Below, piece by piece: positions 12,001 through 15,000 of a stretch of DNA of 35,972 nucleotides. A model generated the notes under the pieces. The model had not been told where the DNA came from. It ran no database searches and saw only the letters and a program-made list of their open reading frames with translations. Each line of letters opens with the position of its first letter. The first letter of the stretch is position 1. The stretch lies in the NCBI GenBank assembly GCA_043812495.1, contig JBDRMG010000063.1, forward strand, positions 1 through 35,972. The letters run 5' to 3'. The position numbers were made by a program, and so were the translations under genes. Source of the stretch: Candidatus Omnitrophota bacterium. GTDB taxonomy: Bacteria; Omnitrophota; Gorgyraeia; Zapsychrales; JBDRMG01.

Positions 12001-15000
12001 AGGCGTCCTTTAAGAAAATCACTCTTGAAGAAATCGCCCTGAGTTCTTGAGCTCCCGCCTCTTTTCCCGCTCAAAAATGAAGACATTATTTTTGCGAAGA
12101 AGGATAGATTATTTCCTTTAAGACTTTCCTCTCCATCCTTCTGCCTGACAAACAAAAGTGGCGCCGCAAAATACAAGACAACCGCAAGCGCAAAGAAGAT
12201 GCCCATCCCCTCCATCCCTACGGGGAAGGCGACGGCGTTGGCGGTTGAGCTTTCTTGCGGATAATTTTGGCTTGAAGAATTTTCTCCTTCGGCTTTGCCG
12301 CTCAGAAGCGAAAAGGCGACGGCGAACGCGACGACCACATTGGACAGACTGAAAGAAACCAGAGGCGTATTGTTATTGGCCACCACAAATTGGTCAATGG
12401 CATTGCTTGCGAATAATTTTGTCAGTCCGAGCTTGATGAGCGACCCTGTGTAGAGGCCGAGGAAGAGCTGGCCGAAGACGCCGCGCTCGCGGGCCTTGGC
12501 GTTGTTGAACATGTAACGCGCAAGCAACATTCCCCCAATAATCAGGTGATACCACGCGCTTTTGATCACAATAAATTTGGCGTGCGCGTAATCCTGAAAA
12601 TTGAAGGCCACGCTGCCACAGGAAAAGATTTTGGCCCCTTGCGCCGTAGCCATGCCTTGCGCCACAAGATCGGCAAAGATCATCAGGATGATCGCGAAGA
12701 AGAAAACCTCCGTGGGCTTAAAGACCTCCCAAATCATCCGAAGGACCAGGAAGGCCACAACCGCCCCCATCAAAAGAAGCACGGCTGTTTCCCCTGTGCT
12801 GAGACCGGGGAAAATCGAGCGTAACGAGCCTGACGCATCTTCTTCGGACCACGCCGGGAATGTGGCGTTAACCTCATAACGCCCATCTTCTAGAGGGCTA
12901 ATTCTAGGCTGAAGAATAAGACATTTTAACCAAGCTCTTTTTGATGATTCGTTGGATTTTGTTGTTTGAATTCTGGATCCACCAAATCTATTTATGAGGA
13001 TTGATTCTGTTGCCATCCAGTTAAGCATCAGCGGATAAAGTCGGCGTCTTCTATTCTGTTCACTGAATATTTCTTCGTAGCGAATATTCAAAAATGAACC
13101 ATGATCATCTCTTTTTAAGAAAATCATTATGCGCGCAGTGTATGCGGAATCCTTCTGGGCCCTGGCTCGGATAGTAACTGTAGAAATAGCGCCTTCGGAC
13201 TCTTCAAATTCCATCCTTAGACCTCTTCGCGCCAAGGCCAAGTTGACGATCGCGTGGATTTTCTCAGGTTCGCGCAGTCTGGATAATTCTTCAAGCACGC
13301 GGTCAATCACGGCATTGTTTTCGTGATTCAATCGCTCGTGCCATTCGCCCAACATGGCGTAGGGTGCCGAAACTTTCGCAGCCACAGCCAAAACAGCTTC
13401 CTTGGCATTCGGGCCTTGTGCGCCAATTTCGATTTCATGACCCACTAATGCCGCTAGTAACATTATTCCGCCTGGTTCTTTGGTATTAAACCATCCTGTA
13501 TTCGTTGTTTTATTACGCACATATATTCGTGTGCTTTCGAAGCTTTTCGCTTCTTTCGAAATCGCAAAGGAAGGTCTCGCATGAAGAGGATCAGGACCTT
13601 CAATAGTGGCTGTCGTCATATAATCCCAGGGTGAATCCATCTGGCCGGCAGACACGTTCCTGGCAAGGGAATTGAGCATTTGATCATACATAGGATGCAT
13701 TGTGAGATTTCTTCTATCGACTTCTTTCAAGAATAAGGCAAGCGCATCTGGTTCATTCATGAAGGTTTGATAATCTTTCCTTCGGGCAGCCTCTTCGTCG
13801 GAACCATTGATATGATCTAATTCGTGGCGAATGGCCGATGCTTGGATAACGCTCGGTAAACTCGCGAAGTACAAATGCATATTGATTTGGTTTTGGCTCT
13901 GAGGAACAGCTGTGATGTGGAGCCCGCACGTAAAGCCAGTGGTACCTGTATATGACCCGTCTTCGCTAAATTGTTTCGTCCCGCCAAAAGGCGGGACTTC
14001 ACGTTTAGCTTCGCCGGGTTCATCCGTCTTCGTGGTCTGACGGGCGGAATCCGGCGTAGCCGGAGGCCATTCTTTTGCCTTCCCCCCCGAACTAAAGTCC
14101 GGGGTCTCCGGCGAAGACGGATGAATTTCTTCCTGGTCGGGGCACTCTTTAAGCTTTACGGGATCTGTGGTGAGTAATACATGGACCTTGATTGGATGAT
14201 CGGGCGGCGCATGCTCAAGGCAATTTTTAATCAGCTCCAGTAAGTCTGTAAAAACCACCATATCAATCTTGTTGACCGACCATTGCGCTTCATAAGTAAC
14301 ACGGTTATCGCTGCCTTTTACGAATTCAACCAAAGCCAAATCCTGTTCTCCGTATTCATCAGTCAGCCCCAGATGCGCATCTTCCGGCACAAAAAGCGGA
14401 TAGCCGCGGCGTTTGACTTTGATCAATCCATAAGTCGTTCCTATATAGCTGTCGGAGCTCAAATGCCTGAGAATTTTATTGATCTCCTTTATCTGGAAGT
14501 CTACGGCTCTTTTGGCTTGGACGCTTTTCTTCTGAGAGAAGCGATCTCCTTTGGTTTTCTTCTTTTTTCCTTTTTGGCCACCTTCTAATTCTGTCAAGGC
14601 TCTGCTCAATTGTCCGATAACGGAAGAATCACATCTGGCCATCCTGATGATATCGTCAGCATTTCGGCTCCGTGTTGTGGCATCGTCCGAACCCAAGCGC
14701 GAAATCGCGGATGATAGTTCCGAAGAACCGTTTTTCTTTCCTGATTTTCTCCCCGACCGCACCGCAAGGAAACCGATCACACACAAGGCCATTAGGATCA
14801 TCGATAGCGGACTTGCGTCAGTGATTGGCCAATCGAATCCTGCCAGAGATGCAAAGTTATATTGAGAAGAGACGGCTTGAGCCTGGATACCGAGGTAGTT
14901 AGTGTTTTGCGGAGAAGATGAATTATTGACTAATTTCCAAGGTACAAGATACAAGTTATAAACAAATCCCAATATCCAAAATCCAAAATTCCAAACTCGA

